A stretch of 32,000 bases of DNA, from contig NC_007517.1 of assembly GCF_000012925.1 (NCBI RefSeq), forward strand, positions 1,980,001-2,012,000, written 5' to 3'. Of the stretch, positions 12,850 to 21,284 are shown piece by piece. The stretch comes from Geobacter metallireducens GS-15. Its GTDB lineage: Bacteria > Desulfobacterota > Desulfuromonadia > Geobacterales > Geobacteraceae. Under the pieces are notes generated by a model. It was not told the origin of the DNA. It worked only from the letters and a program-made list of their open reading frames with translations, and searched no databases. Within the stretch, counting starts at the first letter, position 1, and each line of letters opens with the position of its first letter. Position numbers and translations under genes: made by a program.

Positions 12850-15153
12850 ATGCCGGTTGTTACTCTTGCCGAGAACGGTCAGCTAGCCATACCCGACGAC
12901 CTTCTGAAGGATCTGGGAATCAAGCCGGGCGATCCGGTCTTACTGGAAAAGACATCGGGCGGCATCCTCCTGTCCCGTCATGCCCCTCCTTCTCCTGGTG
13001 CGGTCCAGAGCCGACTCCATGAGTCCATCAACCGCAAGAACCTGGAAACTCCCATTCAGTTCATAAAAGGGGTCGGTCCGAAGCTGGCGGAGACCCTTGG
13101 CAAGAAGGGGATTGCCACGGTGGAGGATGCCCTCTATCTTCTTCCCAACCGTTACGAGGACCGCCGCCAAGTGGTGCCCATTGCAAGGCTTTGCCCCGGA
13201 GTGACGAGTGTCTTTTCCGGCGAGGTGATTACCGCTGACGTGGTGAGCACCAAGGGGGGGCGTCGCTTCTTCGAAGTGGTGGTGCGGGATGCAAGCGGCA
13301 CCATCTCCTTCAAATGGTTCAATTTTAATCCCGCCTTTCTCAAGAAGACCTGGAAGGAGGGGAGGCGGGGCATATTTACCGGACTGGTCTCTCAGTTTGG
13401 ACTCCAGCGCGAGGTGCATCATCCGGACGCCGAATGGCTGGCCGAGGGAGAAACGGTGGCATCTGTCATGGCCCGGGATCCGGTCAGTTTCGGCCGCGTG
13501 GTGCCGGTCTACCCCCTCACCGAGGGACTCCACCAGAAGACTCTGCGGAAGGTAATGAAAGGGGTAGTGGACCAGTATGCGTCCTGCGTGGAGAGCGCCT
13601 TGCCGCTGGAAGTGGCGGGGCGCCAGGGACTCCTGCCCCTCTCTGACGCGCTCCGACGGGTCCACTTCCCCGACAGCGATGCCGATCCCCGGGGGCTTGA
13701 GGAAGGAAAGGATCCCGCCAATCGCACCCTGGTTTTCGACGAGTTCTTTTTCCTTGAGCTGGGGCTGGCCATGAAAAAACGTGGCGTAACCCTCGAATCG
13801 GGAATCGCCTTCACTGTCAGCCACACGTACACGAAGCCGCTCCTGAAACTCCTCCCCTTCTCGCTGACCGGGGCCCAGCGGCGGGTCCTGGCCGAGATCA
13901 AGGAGGATATGATGGCTCCGCACCCCATGCACCGCCTGGTACAGGGGGATGTGGGATGCGGCAAGACCCTCGTGGCGCTCATGGCGGCCCTGGTGGCGGT
14001 GGAGAACGGCTACCAGGTGGCGATCATGGCACCCACCGAGATCCTTGCCGAGCAGCATTATCTGAACATTCACCGCTGGTGCGACGAACTGGGCGTTTCG
14101 GTGACGCTCGTTACCTCGTCGTTGAAGGGGAAGGCGAAGAAGGATGCCCTGGAACGGGTAGCCGGTGGGGAGGCACAGATCGTCATCGGCACCCATGCGG
14201 TGATCCAGGACAAGGTGGAGTTCCATCGGCTTGGCCTCGGCATCGTGGACGAGCAGCACCGTTTCGGCGTCCTGCAGCGGGGGCTTCTGCGGAAAAAAGG
14301 TGAGAACCCCGACATCCTTGTCATGACCGCCACCCCCATTCCCCGGACCCTTGCCATGACTGTTTTCGGCGACCTTTCGCTGTCGGTCATCGACGAGTTG
14401 CCGCCGGGGCGGACCCCCATCGAGACGCGGATCTGTTTCGAGTCACGCCGGAAGCAGGTCTACGGCATCATCCGCGACGAGGTGACCAAGGGGCATCAGG
14501 CGTACGTCATCTACCCCCTGGTAGAGGAGTCGGAGAAGTCGGATCTCAAGGCCGCCACCCAGATGGCCGAGCACCTGGCCAACGACATCTTCCCGGAGTT
14601 GAGGCTCGGCATCCTTCATGGCCGGATGAAGCCCGAGGAGAAGGAGGCGGTGATGCGCTCCTTCAAGGCGCGGGAGATCGATATCCTGGTGGCCACCACA
14701 GTCATCGAGGTGGGGATCGACGTCCCCAATGCCACGGTGATGGTCATCGAGCATGCCGAGCGGTTCGGCCTGTCGCAACTCCACCAGCTGCGGGGAAGGG
14801 TGGGGCGGGGGAGCGAGAAATCCCGCTGCATCCTCATGGCCGGCGAGCGCCTTTCCGAGGACGCCGAGAAGCGGCTCCGGGTCATGGAGTCCACCACCGA
14901 CGGTTTCAGGATTGCCGAGGCCGATCTGGAGATCCGGGGCCCCGGCGATTTCCTCGGCACCCGCCAGGCGGGAATTCCCGATTTTCGCGTCGCCAACATC
15001 CTGCGGGACGGTCGTATCCTGGAAGAGGCCCGACAGGAGGCCTTCGCTGTGGCAGAGGTGGATCCGGAGCTGCGGTTGCCCCGGCACGATAAGCTCCGGA
15101 CGGAGCTGGCTCGGCGTTGGGGAGGCCGGCTTGAACTGGCGGGAATCGCATAA
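12850..15153 (+). CDS. recG: ATP-dependent DNA helicase RecG with an unusual N-terminal AbrB/SpoVT-like extension, 767 aa
   Basis: Wedge-domain entry IKGVGPKLAETLGKKGIATVEDALYLLPNRYEDRR. Helicase motifs GDVGCGKT, DEQHRFG, TATPIPRT and the TRG motif are present. There is no in-frame ATG/GTG/TTG between 12850 and the wedge domain. Confidence 0.93.
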   Translation: MPVVTLAENGQLAIPDDLLKDLGIKPGDPVLLEKTSGGILLSRHAPPSPGAVQSRLHESINRKNLETPIQFIKGVGPKLAETLGKKGIATVEDALYLLPNRYEDRRQVVPIARLCPGVTSVFSGEVITADVVSTKGGRRFFEVVVRDASGTISFKWFNFNPAFLKKTWKEGRRGIFTGLVSQFGLQREVHHPDAEWLAEGETVASVMARDPVSFGRVVPVYPLTEGLHQKTLRKVMKGVVDQYASCVESALPLEVAGRQGLLPLSDALRRVHFPDSDADPRGLEEGKDPANRTLVFDEFFFLELGLAMKKRGVTLESGIAFTVSHTYTKPLLKLLPFSLTGAQRRVLAEIKEDMMAPHPMHRLVQGDVGCGKTLVALMAALVAVENGYQVAIMAPTEILAEQHYLNIHRWCDELGVSVTLVTSSLKGKAKKDALERVAGGEAQIVIGTHAVIQDKVEFHRLGLGIVDEQHRFGVLQRGLLRKKGENPDILVMTATPIPRTLAMTVFGDLSLSVIDELPPGRTPIETRICFESRRKQVYGIIRDEVTKGHQAYVIYPLVEESEKSDLKAATQMAEHLANDIFPELRLGILHGRMKPEEKEAVMRSFKAREIDILVATTVIEVGIDVPNATVMVIEHAERFGLSQLHQLRGRVGRGSEKSRCILMAGERLSEDAEKRLRVMESTTDGFRIAEADLEIRGPGDFLGTRQAGIPDFRVANILRDGRILEEARQEAFAVAEVDPELRLPRHDKLRTELARRWGGRLELAGIA

Positions 15154-15190
15154 AAAAACAGTGCTGCACCAATTTCAGAATGGAGGAAAT

Positions 15191-15505
15191 ATGTCTGAAT
15201 TCATCAACGTAACCGTAGTCCGGGAGGCAAACGTATTCTTCAATGGCGGCGTCGTGAGCCGCACCGTCATTTTCCCCGACGGCACCAAGAAGACCCTCGG
15301 CATCATGCAACCGGGGGAGTATACCTTCAATACCGGCGCCCCGGAGATCATGGAGATCCTCACCGGCGAACTGGATCTCAAGCTTCCCGGCAGCGATCTG
15401 TGGGACCGGATCGGAGGCGGGGAATCCTTCGAGGTGCCGGCCAATTCCTCCTTCACCATGAAGGTCCTCTCCCTCACCGATTACTGTTGCTCTTTCCTCG
15501 GCTAG
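15191..15505 (+). CDS. ppnP: pyrimidine/purine nucleoside phosphorylase PpnP (DUF1255), 104 aa
   Basis: GGAGGA SD precedes ATG 15191. MSEFINVTVVREANVFFNGGVVSRTV...GEYTFNT is a cupin-like DUF1255 signature. The longer track ORF (from 14753) overlaps recG out of frame. Confidence 0.85.
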   Translation: MSEFINVTVVREANVFFNGGVVSRTVIFPDGTKKTLGIMQPGEYTFNTGAPEIMEILTGELDLKLPGSDLWDRIGGGESFEVPANSSFTMKVLSLTDYCCSFLG

Positions 15506-15524
15506 GTGTTGTCCGTGCTGTTAG

Positions 15525-15550
15525 CCCCGTCCCCTAAGGACGGGGTTTTT
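15525..15550 (+). terminator. rho-independent terminator of ppnP
   Basis: CCCCGTCC-CCTAA-GGACGGGG followed by TTTTT. The hairpin overlaps the last codons of the convergent minus-strand gene. Confidence 0.85.
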
Positions 15551-16811
15551 CGGTTTGTCGACTCATCCGGTGTGCAACCACTGCGATGATGGCCGTGACG
15601 CTGAGGGCCACCGCCATGAGGACCAGCGAAGCCAGGGCATTATTCAAGAGGGTCGGCTTCAGCAGGATGACTAGGCCGAGCATGAGCATCATAATGCCGG
15701 AGAGGAGCTTCAGGACCCGCCCCTGCCACTCCGTCAGTTTGCGACTGCCGAGTGTTGCGGTAAAGATGGCGACGATGACGGCAAGGGGAATCACATAAAT
15801 CAGGTTGTAAAAGGCCAGGTAGAGGTAGTATTCGGAGGAGGGGAGGGCGCGCAGGGTCAGAAGCCGGGTGTAGACCATGGGGAATCCGGCGGTGCAGAGA
15901 AGTTCGTAACTGTTGGCCGCCACAGCCAGAACCACCGTCCCCGCCAGCATTGAAGGGAGCGTTCCGGTGTGGACGAGATGACGCATCCGCTCGAAGAGTT
16001 TTGGCTTTTTCTCCTCAGGAATGACAAGGGAGATCCCCTTTTCGAAGAAAAAAAAGTCCTTGATGTTGATGACAGCCACCATGAGGGCGATGATTCCCGC
16101 TGCCGTTGTGACAGCGGCCAGGGTGCCGGTCAGCAGGAAGAGGTTGAGCCAGGCTGCCATGAAGAGGAAGTACACGAGCCCCGAGAACAAGACGAAGGTT
16201 CCTCCCACGAGCGCCATGCGGTTGCGGGAATGGGCGTGGATCATGAGGCTCAGGAGAAAGAACAGCACGAAGAAGGCGCAGGGGTTGAAGCTGTCAAGGG
16301 CCGCAATGACGACGGTGAAGACCGGCAGCGACATGGCGGCAGGGTTCACGGTGCAGATACCGGGGATGGTGATGGTTTCCCCTGCCGGCGGCGAGTTTGT
16401 TGCAGGTGGCGCCGTAGCCTCCCGGCCCGCCAACTCTACTGAGACCTTTTGTTCGATGTCCCGCGCTTTTTCTTCGGAGAAGCCAGCAATGACGTGATTG
16501 CCGATGATGAAGACAGGGACACCGGTTGCCTCAAATCCCCGCTTCTTGGCCATGGCCATGAGAATATCGACGTTCTTGCGATTTGATAGGACTTCGTAGT
16601 CGCAAACCTGCAGGCCGGGGTGTTTCCGCCGGAGGTCATCGAGAAATGGTCTTGCCTTGGCGCAATGGGGACAGCCTTCGCCCCAGAAAAAGTAAAGCGT
16701 TACCTCGCCTTTGGGGCCGATAGAACCGGCCGCACCGGTGGCGGTCAGGGTCATCAACAGCACGATCAAAACACCGGCCAGTATGAAAAGTCGAACCACT
16801 CCTCTCCCCAT
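15534..16811 (-). CDS. thioredoxin-domain protein fused to a CcdA/DsbD-like polytopic membrane domain, 425 aa
   Basis: ORF 15534..17243. AGGAGG SD lies 5 nt before ATG 16811. The protein has a signal/TM segment, then FFWGEGCPHCAKA (CxxC thioredoxin fold), then multiple TM helices with membrane-embedded Cys (FNPCAFF, LLCTAGFP). The upstream 144 codons overlap gluQ antisense and are rejected. Confidence 0.8.
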   Translation of the reverse strand: MGRGVVRLFILAGVLIVLLMTLTATGAAGSIGPKGEVTLYFFWGEGCPHCAKARPFLDDLRRKHPGLQVCDYEVLSNRKNVDILMAMAKKRGFEATGVPVFIIGNHVIAGFSEEKARDIEQKVSVELAGREATAPPATNSPPAGETITIPGICTVNPAAMSLPVFTVVIAALDSFNPCAFFVLFFLLSLMIHAHSRNRMALVGGTFVLFSGLVYFLFMAAWLNLFLLTGTLAAVTTAAGIIALMVAVINIKDFFFFEKGISLVIPEEKKPKLFERMRHLVHTGTLPSMLAGTVVLAVAANSYELLCTAGFPMVYTRLLTLRALPSSEYYLYLAFYNLIYVIPLAVIVAIFTATLGSRKLTEWQGRVLKLLSGIMMLMLGLVILLKPTLLNNALASLVLMAVALSVTAIIAVVAHRMSRQTEKPRP

Positions 16812-16877
16812 GGCAGCCTCCTGCCTCAAGTTTATCGCACCTGAAGGGATTCTCATCAAGGGTTGGTCCGTATTCGT

Positions 16878-17822
16878 ATGATGTCTGAACAGATACCTGA
16901 TAACCGCAGCGTTGTGGGACGCTTCGCCCCGTCTCCCACTGGTCCCCTTCACCTGGGTTCCCTGGTGGCCGCCGTGGGTAGTTATGCCATGGCGAAGCGG
17001 GAGGGAGGACTTTGGCTCCTCCGGATGGAGGATCTGGATACCCCTCGGGTCGTGCCGGGGATGGCGGATGACATGTTCCGCACCCTGGAAGCCCTCGGTT
17101 TTGCCTGGGACGGCGAGGTCATGTGGCAGAGCCGCCGGTCTGATGCCTATAGTGCCGCCTTCGAGCGCCTTCTGGCGATCGGCGAGGCCTATCCCTGTGG
17201 CTGCTCCCGGGCCGAGATCGCCCGAGCCGCCTCGGCCCCCCACGACGGCGAAGGGGAGGTGGCTTATCCCAATATCTGCCGCAACGGCCTGCAGCCTGGG
17301 AAAGAGCCGCGCTCCTACCGCGTGAAGGTGGGGAGCGAACCTATCGTGGTACGGGATCTCGTCATGGGGGAGAAGCGGTATGACCTGTCACAAATTTGCG
17401 GAGATTTCGTGGTGAAGCGGGCCGACGGGCTTTTCGCCTACCAACTGGCTGTGGTCGTGGACGACGCCGACCAGGGTGTGAACCAGGTGGTGCGGGGTGC
17501 CGACCTCCTGTCATCGACTCCTCGGCAGATCCTGCTCCAGAGTCTCCTCGATTACGAAACACCGGTCTACGCCCATCTTCCCCTGGTTACCGCCGCCGGC
17601 GGGGGTAAGCTCTCCAAGCGGGACAATGCCGTGTCCCTCGCCGCCGGCCTCGATCTGGCCGTCGAAGGAGGGAGGCTTATCCTGGCCGCGTTACGCTTCT
17701 TGGGGCAGCGTCCTCCTGAATCCCTCGCAGGATCCAACGGGAAGGAGGTTCTTGCCTGGGGGGCGGCCAATTTTGATATCGCCCTTGTTCCCACGGCGTC
17801 CGCCCCCCTCTCGGTTCACTGA
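16878..17822 (+). CDS. gluQ: tRNA glutamyl-Q(34) synthetase (GluQRS), 314 aa
   Basis: RFAPSPTGPLHLGS (HIGH-type) and KLSKR (KMSKS-type) motifs. The size is that of a truncated GluRS paralogue. The first ATG is at 16878 (the track start is TTG 16863). Confidence 0.85.
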   Translation: MMSEQIPDNRSVVGRFAPSPTGPLHLGSLVAAVGSYAMAKREGGLWLLRMEDLDTPRVVPGMADDMFRTLEALGFAWDGEVMWQSRRSDAYSAAFERLLAIGEAYPCGCSRAEIARAASAPHDGEGEVAYPNICRNGLQPGKEPRSYRVKVGSEPIVVRDLVMGEKRYDLSQICGDFVVKRADGLFAYQLAVVVDDADQGVNQVVRGADLLSSTPRQILLQSLLDYETPVYAHLPLVTAAGGGKLSKRDNAVSLAAGLDLAVEGGRLILAALRFLGQRPPESLAGSNGKEVLAWGAANFDIALVPTASAPLSVH

Positions 17823-18274
17823 TGATTACCCTCGCAATGACCAGGAATCCCCAGCCAGCCGGTGCCGAGAATGACGAGTAGCGCAGAGGTGATCAGTAGT
17901 CCGCCGATGGAGCCGTTGAAGAGGGAAACCATAAGGGTTGTGATGGGGAAAAGAGCGACGTGGAAGAGCATCTCCGCGGTGGACATGGGACGCGTTCCAA
18001 AGGCGAGATAAAAGTAGATGTAATAGAGGGGGCCGGACACCCAGATTCCCGTTGCCATGGCCATGGCGGCGCCCATGAGGCGGTCCTGGCAGAAGAAGAG
18101 CTTTACCATCTGCCAGAAGGCGCTGCCGCAGGCCACGGGGAGGGCAATGCTCTTGGCGGTAATCCAGGCTGCCGTGGACCATGTGCCATGGTGCGCCATA
18201 ACAAGTGCATCAATCCCCCAGAAGAGGATCGCTCCCATCAGGGGAAACACCATCCAGATAAAGGTTCTTTTCAT
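17816..18274 (-). CDS. hypothetical integral membrane protein, 152 aa
   Basis: Four to five hydrophobic helices with no recognisable motif. It is convergent with gluQ and overlaps it by 7 nt. Confidence 0.55.
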   Translation of the reverse strand: MKRTFIWMVFPLMGAILFWGIDALVMAHHGTWSTAAWITAKSIALPVACGSAFWQMVKLFFCQDRLMGAAMAMATGIWVSGPLYYIYFYLAFGTRPMSTAEMLFHVALFPITTLMVSLFNGSIGGLLITSALLVILGTGWLGIPGHCEGNHQ

Positions 18275-18341
18275 GGTGTCCCACCGGTAACAAAGTAATT
18301 ACATCACAGTCTACCAGAGAGCGGTTCAAAAGTGAACGAGC

Positions 18342-19088
18342 CTACCGTCCCTCCTCCAGGTACGGCTCATGGAGCTTCACGGGCTTGCCTTTGGCGCGCA
18401 TCCGCATGTTGAGCATCTCGACCCCCACGGAGAATGCCATGGCGAAATAGATATATCCCTTGGGAATGTGCATTTCGAGGCCGTCTCCGATGAGGGCAAC
18501 ACCGATAAGGATCAGGAAGGAGAGTGCCAGCATTTTTATGGTGGGATGCTTATGCACGAAGGCGCTGATGTTCCCCGAGAAGAACATCATGAAGCCCACT
18601 GCGATGATGACCGCCAGCACCATGACCGCCAGCTTGTTGGCCATGCCGATGGCGGTGATGATGGAGTCGAGGGAGAAGACAATGTCCAAGAGGAGGATCT
18701 GGACGATGGTCCCGGCGAACGACGCCGCGGCCCTGGTCGAGGAGTGGCCTTCGTCGCCTTCCAGTTTTTCATGAATTTCCATGGTGCTCTTGGCCAGAAG
18801 AAACAGGCCGCCGGCGATGAGGATCAGGTCACGGCCCGAAATCTCGCGGCCCACCACGGAGAAGAGCGGTGCCGTAAGACCCATGAGCCAGGTGAGGGAG
18901 AAAAGGAGCCCCACGCGGGTGAACATGGCAAGGGCAAGACCGGTGACGCGGGCTTTTTCCTGCTGCTCACGGGGGAGTTTCCCCGCCAGGATAGAGATGA
19001 AAATTATATTGTCGATGCCGAGAACGATCTCGAGCGCAGTAAGGGTAGCAAGGGCGATCCACGCCTGGGGGTCGGTAAGCCATTCCAT
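18342..19088 (-). CDS. TerC-family integral membrane protein, 248 aa
   Basis: ORF 18342..19127. AAGGAG SD lies 8 nt before ATG 19088. ALEIVLGIDNIIFISILAGKLP and DIVFSLDSIITAIGM are the duplicated TerC motifs. Confidence 0.88.
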   Translation of the reverse strand: MEWLTDPQAWIALATLTALEIVLGIDNIIFISILAGKLPREQQEKARVTGLALAMFTRVGLLFSLTWLMGLTAPLFSVVGREISGRDLILIAGGLFLLAKSTMEIHEKLEGDEGHSSTRAAASFAGTIVQILLLDIVFSLDSIITAIGMANKLAVMVLAVIIAVGFMMFFSGNISAFVHKHPTIKMLALSFLILIGVALIGDGLEMHIPKGYIYFAMAFSVGVEMLNMRMRAKGKPVKLHEPYLEEGR

Positions 19089-19363
19089 CTGAAGAACTCC
19101 TTGATAGCGTAATGTGAAGGAGCACACATATACCGAGAGGGGTTGGCACTGTCAACCGCAATCTCCCGGAGCGCCGAGAGGTCGTTATCTTTACCGATCA
19201 GCTGTTTGTCTCACTAGAGTTAATGATCGCCCTCGTCGCCAGCACCATCCACTTTCCACAACGGCCTCACTGTCAATGAGATCACTTCCGCCGTAACTAC
19301 GCGAAGTACCGACTGAATCTCGGAGAGCATCCCACTGGTTTTCATTTTTGCGAAAAAAAAGAG

Positions 19364-19393
19364 TTGACTCTCCCGGGGACCGTTTGCTATATA
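19364..19393 (+). promoter_or_regulatory. promoter of tRNA-Gly
   Basis: An A-tract (GCGAAAAAAAAGAG) precedes TTGACT (19364-19369). An 18-nt spacer ends in TGC (extended -10) and is followed by TATATA (19388-19393), about 15 nt upstream of the tRNA 5' end. Confidence 0.55.
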
Positions 19394-19408
19394 ACGGGAA
19401 CCTGTTGC

Positions 19409-19483
<75 letters not shown>

Positions 19484-19492
19484 TCTAACAAT

Positions 19493-19518
19493 AAGGAATC
19501 CTTCGGGATTCCTTTTTT
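19493..19518 (+). terminator. rho-independent terminator after tRNA-Gly
   Basis: AAGGAATCC-TTCG-GGATTCCTT running into TTTTTT. Confidence 0.85.
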
Positions 19519-19527
19519 GTTGCCCCG

Positions 19528-19547
19528 ACTTTCACCAAAACTTTCAC
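19528..19547. repeat. tandem direct repeat ACTTTCAC-N4-ACTTTCAC at the island edge
   Basis: Two identical 8-mers at 19528-19535 and 19540-19547 lie between the tRNA terminator and the integrase stop codon. Confidence 0.4.
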
Positions 19548-20905
19548 TAAGAGAGTTTTAACTGAAGGCCGGGGCTTTGTTGTTCAGGCTCTAGCTGGAG
19601 ATAAGAGCCGGGAACCATCGGGTAGATATTCCCAGGGTATCCCAGGAGGTGGGGCGGCCTTTTTGCCTTTGTCTCCACGAAGTCCCGGCCGAAGTATTCC
19701 AGAATCTTCCAGAAGTCCTCCTCCAGCCCGTCGATGTAATCCCCGTAGACCTCATAGACCATCTTCTTTGATCCATGTCCCATGAGCCTGACAAGGCGGT
19801 TGGGATCGATCCGCAGGGTAAGCGCCCAGGCCGCGAAGGAGTGGCGCATGGAGTAGGGCACCTTGTCGGTAATGCCGCTGGCTTTCCCTGCCTTGGTCCA
19901 AACATCTTTGAGGAAGTTTGCCGGTCGAAAGATGGTGCCGGTTTTCGTGGTGACGAGCAATTCCCCGGTGCTTCTTTGCTGGAGGATGTCGAGGCGTTTT
20001 CTGATCGCCTGGGTGATGGGAATCTTCCTGATCCGGTAGATGGTCTTCGGGGTGTCGTGTTCTTTGCCCCGAACGATGGTGTGCTGAACCAGGATGTGGT
20101 CGGGGCGGATGTCGCTTCTTCTGAGTCCCGCCATTTCCGAATTGATCATCCCCGTGAGGATCATCAACTCCACTACCGGCTGATACCAGGGATCGATGTG
20201 TTCCAGGAAGTCCCGCCACTCATCGAAACGGAACCCTTCCCGCCGTTTCGGTTGCGTCTTGGGAAGGTGCTTTTTCAAGTTGGTGAAGGGGTTGTGCAGC
20301 ACCCAGCGGTATTGGTCGCAGGCATCGTTCCAGATGGTGCGAAGCGGTATCAGGATGTTCTTCGCCCTGGCTTTCGAGAGGGGTTGCCCCTTCTTGGCCC
20401 CCTTCTTCCACTTGAGGGAGGCAATGAACTTCTGAATCTCCACCCCGCTGATCTGGAAGAAGGTCATCTCCCCAAAGAACGGCACCAGCCAATAGTCGAT
20501 AATCAGTCGGTAGTCGTCCTTCTTCGTCCCCTCCGGGTAATGGCTCCAGACGTTTGTGTACCACTCCTGGAGGTACGACCCAAAGAGGATGTCCCGCGGT
20601 TCTGGGGCATACTGCCACCCCTCCAGCTTGGAAAAGTAAGCCTTCTCCGCTTCCGGTGCCCCTGGGAAGGCATCGGCAAAGATGAGCTTCCCCGCGTCCC
20701 GGCGTTCGATGATCCGATCCAGCCAGAGCCGGACCTTCTCCCGGTTCTTCTTGGTGTCGGTTAAGCCGGTTGTCTTCTCCACCCGGCGGTTGAAGTAGTA
20801 GAAGAGGATATAGAGCTTCCTGGAGCCGGGCTTTCGGATGATGGTTCCCTGTTTCTTCTCCTCGTTGTCAAAGAGCAATGCTTCATGGTGGGTTGTGCGC
20901 TTCAT
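19547..20905 (-). CDS. tyrosine site-specific integrase with Arm-type N-terminal DNA-binding domain, 452 aa
   Basis: ORF 19547..21070. A GGAG SD precedes ATG 20905. The N-terminus GTIIRKPGSRKLYILFYYFNRRVEKTTGLTDTKKNREK is an arm-binding-domain pattern. The C-terminus carries MRHSFA...LMGHGSKKMVYEVYGDY (the R-H-R-Y catalytic set). The gene is adjacent to and oriented toward a tRNA gene. Confidence 0.9.
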   Translation of the reverse strand: MKRTTHHEALLFDNEEKKQGTIIRKPGSRKLYILFYYFNRRVEKTTGLTDTKKNREKVRLWLDRIIERRDAGKLIFADAFPGAPEAEKAYFSKLEGWQYAPEPRDILFGSYLQEWYTNVWSHYPEGTKKDDYRLIIDYWLVPFFGEMTFFQISGVEIQKFIASLKWKKGAKKGQPLSKARAKNILIPLRTIWNDACDQYRWVLHNPFTNLKKHLPKTQPKRREGFRFDEWRDFLEHIDPWYQPVVELMILTGMINSEMAGLRRSDIRPDHILVQHTIVRGKEHDTPKTIYRIRKIPITQAIRKRLDILQQRSTGELLVTTKTGTIFRPANFLKDVWTKAGKASGITDKVPYSMRHSFAAWALTLRIDPNRLVRLMGHGSKKMVYEVYGDYIDGLEEDFWKILEYFGRDFVETKAKRPPHLLGYPGNIYPMVPGSYLQLEPEQQSPGLQLKLS

Positions 20906-20981
20906 GGATGTCTCCGTTCCGCTATCCACGTCCCCACCGGTCAAAGTCCGGGATTGACCATAGCACATTTCACTGCTCATT

Positions 20982-21275
20982 TCAGTACTCCCAATTGATC
21001 GGGTTTGATTGCTTCCGAGGATGAGGTGAAACGGGTCCTGTGACCGGCCGTCTATTTTTTCGAGCCTCACTGCCTACCACGAGTTCCATGACCAGTTCAG
21101 AGGACCACAGGAACCGTAAGACCCTCCCTTGTTTAAAATAGTGCCTACCCGCAATAAGGATGTCTCTCTGCATCCAGGAGAAGAGGGTGGCACGAGACAC
21201 TTGCAGCCGTTCCGCCAACTGCTCAACCGTCAGTACTTCAGGTAGGGAAGGGGGATAGAAGGAATCAGGCATCAT
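20982..21275 (-). CDS. excisionase / AlpA-MerR-like helix-turn-helix DNA-binding protein, 97 aa
   Basis: GGAGG SD is present. LTVEQLAERLQVSRATLFSWMQRDILIAGRHYFKQGRVLRF is an HTH_17-type excisionase pattern. It lies immediately upstream of the integrase in the same orientation. Confidence 0.7.
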   Translation of the reverse strand: MMPDSFYPPSLPEVLTVEQLAERLQVSRATLFSWMQRDILIAGRHYFKQGRVLRFLWSSELVMELVVGSEARKNRRPVTGPVSPHPRKQSNPINWEY

Positions 21276-21284
21276 GGCTCCCTC

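Noticed and set aside
19089-19330. Calling a yybP-ykoY Mn2+ riboswitch feature upstream of the TerC gene.
   Set aside because: Only fragments resemble the consensus (GGGAGA.., UUGACA), and I could not assemble the P1/P3 pairing by hand. It is kept as a low-interest finding, not annotated as an ncRNA.
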